This document shows, piece by piece, positions 61,201 through 64,000 of a DNA stretch of 64,000 nt. The notes beneath the pieces are model-generated. The model saw only the letters and a list, made by a program, of their open reading frames with translations. It did no database searches and was not told where the DNA came from. The position numbers were made by a program, and so were the translations under genes. How positions within the stretch are numbered: position 1 is the first letter of the stretch; every line of letters begins with the position of its first letter. This DNA comes from Eledone cirrhosa (taxonomy: Eukaryota), in contig OZ024746.1 in assembly GCA_964016885.1 (NCBI GenBank), positions 21,390,001 to 21,454,000 of the forward strand, read 5' to 3'.

Positions 61201-61767
61201 ATAATTGTTTCTACTTTTTGGCACAAGGCCAGCAATTACCCAGTGCATTACTGGTACTTTATTTTATCGACCCCGTAAGGATGAAAGGCAAAGTCAACCT
61301 CGGCGGGATTTGAACTCAGATCGTAAAGGGACGTAACTATGCTGGAAAGCATGGCGTCCGACCCTTTACCGATACTGCTACTGAAAATAATTGTTTCTAC
61401 TATTGGCACAAGGCCAGCAATTACCCAGTACATTACTGGTACTTTATTTTATCGACCCCGTAAGGATGAAAGGCAAAGTTAACCTTGGCGGGATTTGAAC
61501 TCAGAATGGCAAGGGCCGTAACTCTATGCGTCAAAGCATGGCCTCCGACCCTCTACCGATACTGCCAAAAAGCTGAAAATAATTGTTTCTACTTTAGGCA
61601 CAAGGCCAGCAATTACCCAGTGCATTACTGGTACTTTATTTTATCGACCCCGTAAGGATGAAAGGCAAAGTTAACCTTGGCGGGATTTGAACTCAGAATG
61701 GCAAGGACCGTAACTCTATGCGTCAAAGCATGGCGTCCGACCCTCTACCGATACTGCCAATCCACCA
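61201..61767 (-). mobile_element. Three stacked SINE-A copies (~61201-61379, 61388-61567, 61579-61767)
   Basis: Each copy is preceded on the + strand by CTGAAAATAATTGTTTCTACT. Confidence 0.92.
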
Positions 61768-62422
61768 AATGTTTTCTATTCAGCTACTCTTTTCTGCTTA
61801 TAGTAACTGAATAGCCATACGTGTTAGTTGAGAATTCTCGTGTAAATGTTTATGTTATGTCGACAAAATTTTAAAGCCGGGTACATGTTGAGATTTTACT
61901 AATAATCTGAAATACTGAATGATGTATTACGTGATTAAATTAATGATTGCCGAAAACTAAAAACGTTTTGAAAATACAAATTTTCATTCATATCTAATGT
62001 GAAAATTCAGCACTAGCTGACTGTTGGACTTAGAAAATAAATATTAAAAATTACCAAAAAATATGAATAAATAAATAAACTAGCTCTTTACAAAACATTT
62101 TCATTCCCACTATTGCGATGTTCCTGTGCCGTCAGCAATTCTTTTCTACATTTAGATTTTGCAGATAATAAATACTCGGGTAATATTTCTTTGTTAAACA
62201 ATATTAAGTTCATCAGCTTCGTGTTAGATAACAATTCTTATTTATAAATTACCTATACATAGAAAAAATATTTGCTAACATTTCTTTAATCTCCAAAGAA
62301 AACGAAACGGGAACAGGTCAGTATTCTAAAATTGATATAATTAGAAAACGAACGTGTATAGTTGCTATATATTTTAAAGAGGAAGGCATTAGATTAATAC
62401 ATGCACGCAACATACACACTAA

Positions 62423-62483
<61 letters not shown>

Positions 62484-62500
62484 TGGGTCCGTCAACTCCT

Positions 62501-62546
<46 letters not shown>

Positions 62547-63176
62547 ATGTGTGTGTGTCTGTGTGCCTGAGTTGGTATGGACGTATGAATATAATAGTAT
62601 GTATAAAGTAATATATATTTTTTCTATACGGAAACATTTGTTCTCAAAATATATTTTTATATTATACTTCTATTCTCTTTAATTATACAAATTATATATG
62701 TATGGGTATATGTGTATGCATGTGTGTGTATTTATATAATTGTATATGTAACGTATGTATGTATAGAGAGAGGGTTAGGATAGGTAGTAGAAAAGCAAGT
62801 GGTTAATGCTTTAAGAGAAACGATATTGTTTAGTAAGTTTCACCAATGTTATGTTTTACGTGTCATTGATTTAAGGTCGATAGTCTACAATGATAGCAAA
62901 GTTTAACTGAGGCATATTAATTCTATTTTCATACGCATACTTCAATGATCACCTATAAAGATGCACAGTTTACTATTTGTCCGATTCCTAAGATTATTCT
63001 TGAGTTCATATAGCATTCATTTCATTTAATACAAAAATATTTGAATTGACAGCAATTAATTTTACTTTCTATTTCTGTACAACACAACATATTCCTTGAC
63101 ATTTGAATATATATACTTGGCAAATAACTATATGTATCACCTATCCCTCCTTTTTCTCTCTTTCTCGATACGTAAA

Positions 63177-63271
<95 letters not shown>

Positions 63272-64000
63272 GTGTGTGTGTGTGTGTGTGATATTATACA
63301 TTTAAGTTCATAAACGGAACAAAAAGCGCTACCTAATATTATTCAAGGTTCAATTCTGATCATCTCCCATTTTGTGCACGATGTTGCATGGTAATGCAGA
63401 GAGGTAACGCTTTTTGTCCTGTTTTTGACATAAAGGATATATCAGCTCTCATACTAGATTGAGGACTGTTTTCTTTTTTCCTTTTTCACATCTACTGATT
63501 TTTTGCTCCACACACATACATATATATAAAGTTTTCTGCAAAGTTTGTAGTATGAAGATAAAAGAATATTCTGCTTGGTTGCTTGTTGTGTGTCATCACA
63601 AATGTCACATTACTAAAGTGACGGTATGATGAATCATTAATACTTTACTATTTTTCTTGTTCCTGGTCTGATACCTGGGTGATTCCAATAGACAATGTCA
63701 TCATTTCTTCTATTTCCCTGAAAGTTAGCATATTAATATATTCGTGGCAAACAAATACGATTCCGGGATTTATTTATTTTTACTTCTTAAAGCGTTGACG
63801 TGCTGTGTTTAGTTCTCATAAGATTTTTTCCTGCTGATTGAAGCTGCATAGAATTATACATATAGTCACAATTTGAAACATGAGACATCAACGCTTGACT
63901 ACAAAATTATGTGGTTTGTAAATTTTGGATTTTTGGCTGGATTTTATCAAAGAATTAGAGTAACGTAGCTTTTCTAATTTTGCAAAAGAATAGACACACA

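Noticed and set aside
43217-61767. tRNA genes
   Set aside because: Box A/B sequences are SINE heads joined to SINE cores, with no complete cloverleaf.

Overview
This is AT-rich, repeat-dominated eukaryotic DNA. The SINE and microsatellite landscape suggests an octopus-type cephalopod (inference). Almost all long ORFs in the track are translations of (TA)n/(CA)n microsatellite. The main result is that the 476-478 bp tandem 'satellite' at 1-3847 carries a minimal type-I hammerhead ribozyme (HHR) on the minus strand of every unit (CUGA[U/C]GA...GAAA, palindromic ACUAGU stem III, GUA cleavage triplet). It therefore looks like a retrozyme or Penelope-pLTR-derived self-cleaving RNA array. The array ends in an inverted copy whose 3' end runs into an 8-kb (TA)n tract. 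A diverged relative lies at 51.6-52.4 kb, and several unrelated short HHR-bearing elements occur (14.2, 25.8, 38.4, 47.8, 51.4 kb), most of them embedded in (TA)n. Several insertions share a fold-back architecture with both 3' ends pointing outward into TA repeats. Also present: a TIR/TSD-complete but decayed Chapaev-type transposon, CR1/L2-group and RTE LINE remnants, a tandem pair of bipartite non-autonomous RTE derivatives, a non-autonomous Helitron, Tc1/mariner MITEs and remnants, many tRNA-derived SINEs, one convincing 730-bp internal host exon (+) and a duplicated small exon-like pair (-). All structures were read by eye; no folding or database searches were run.
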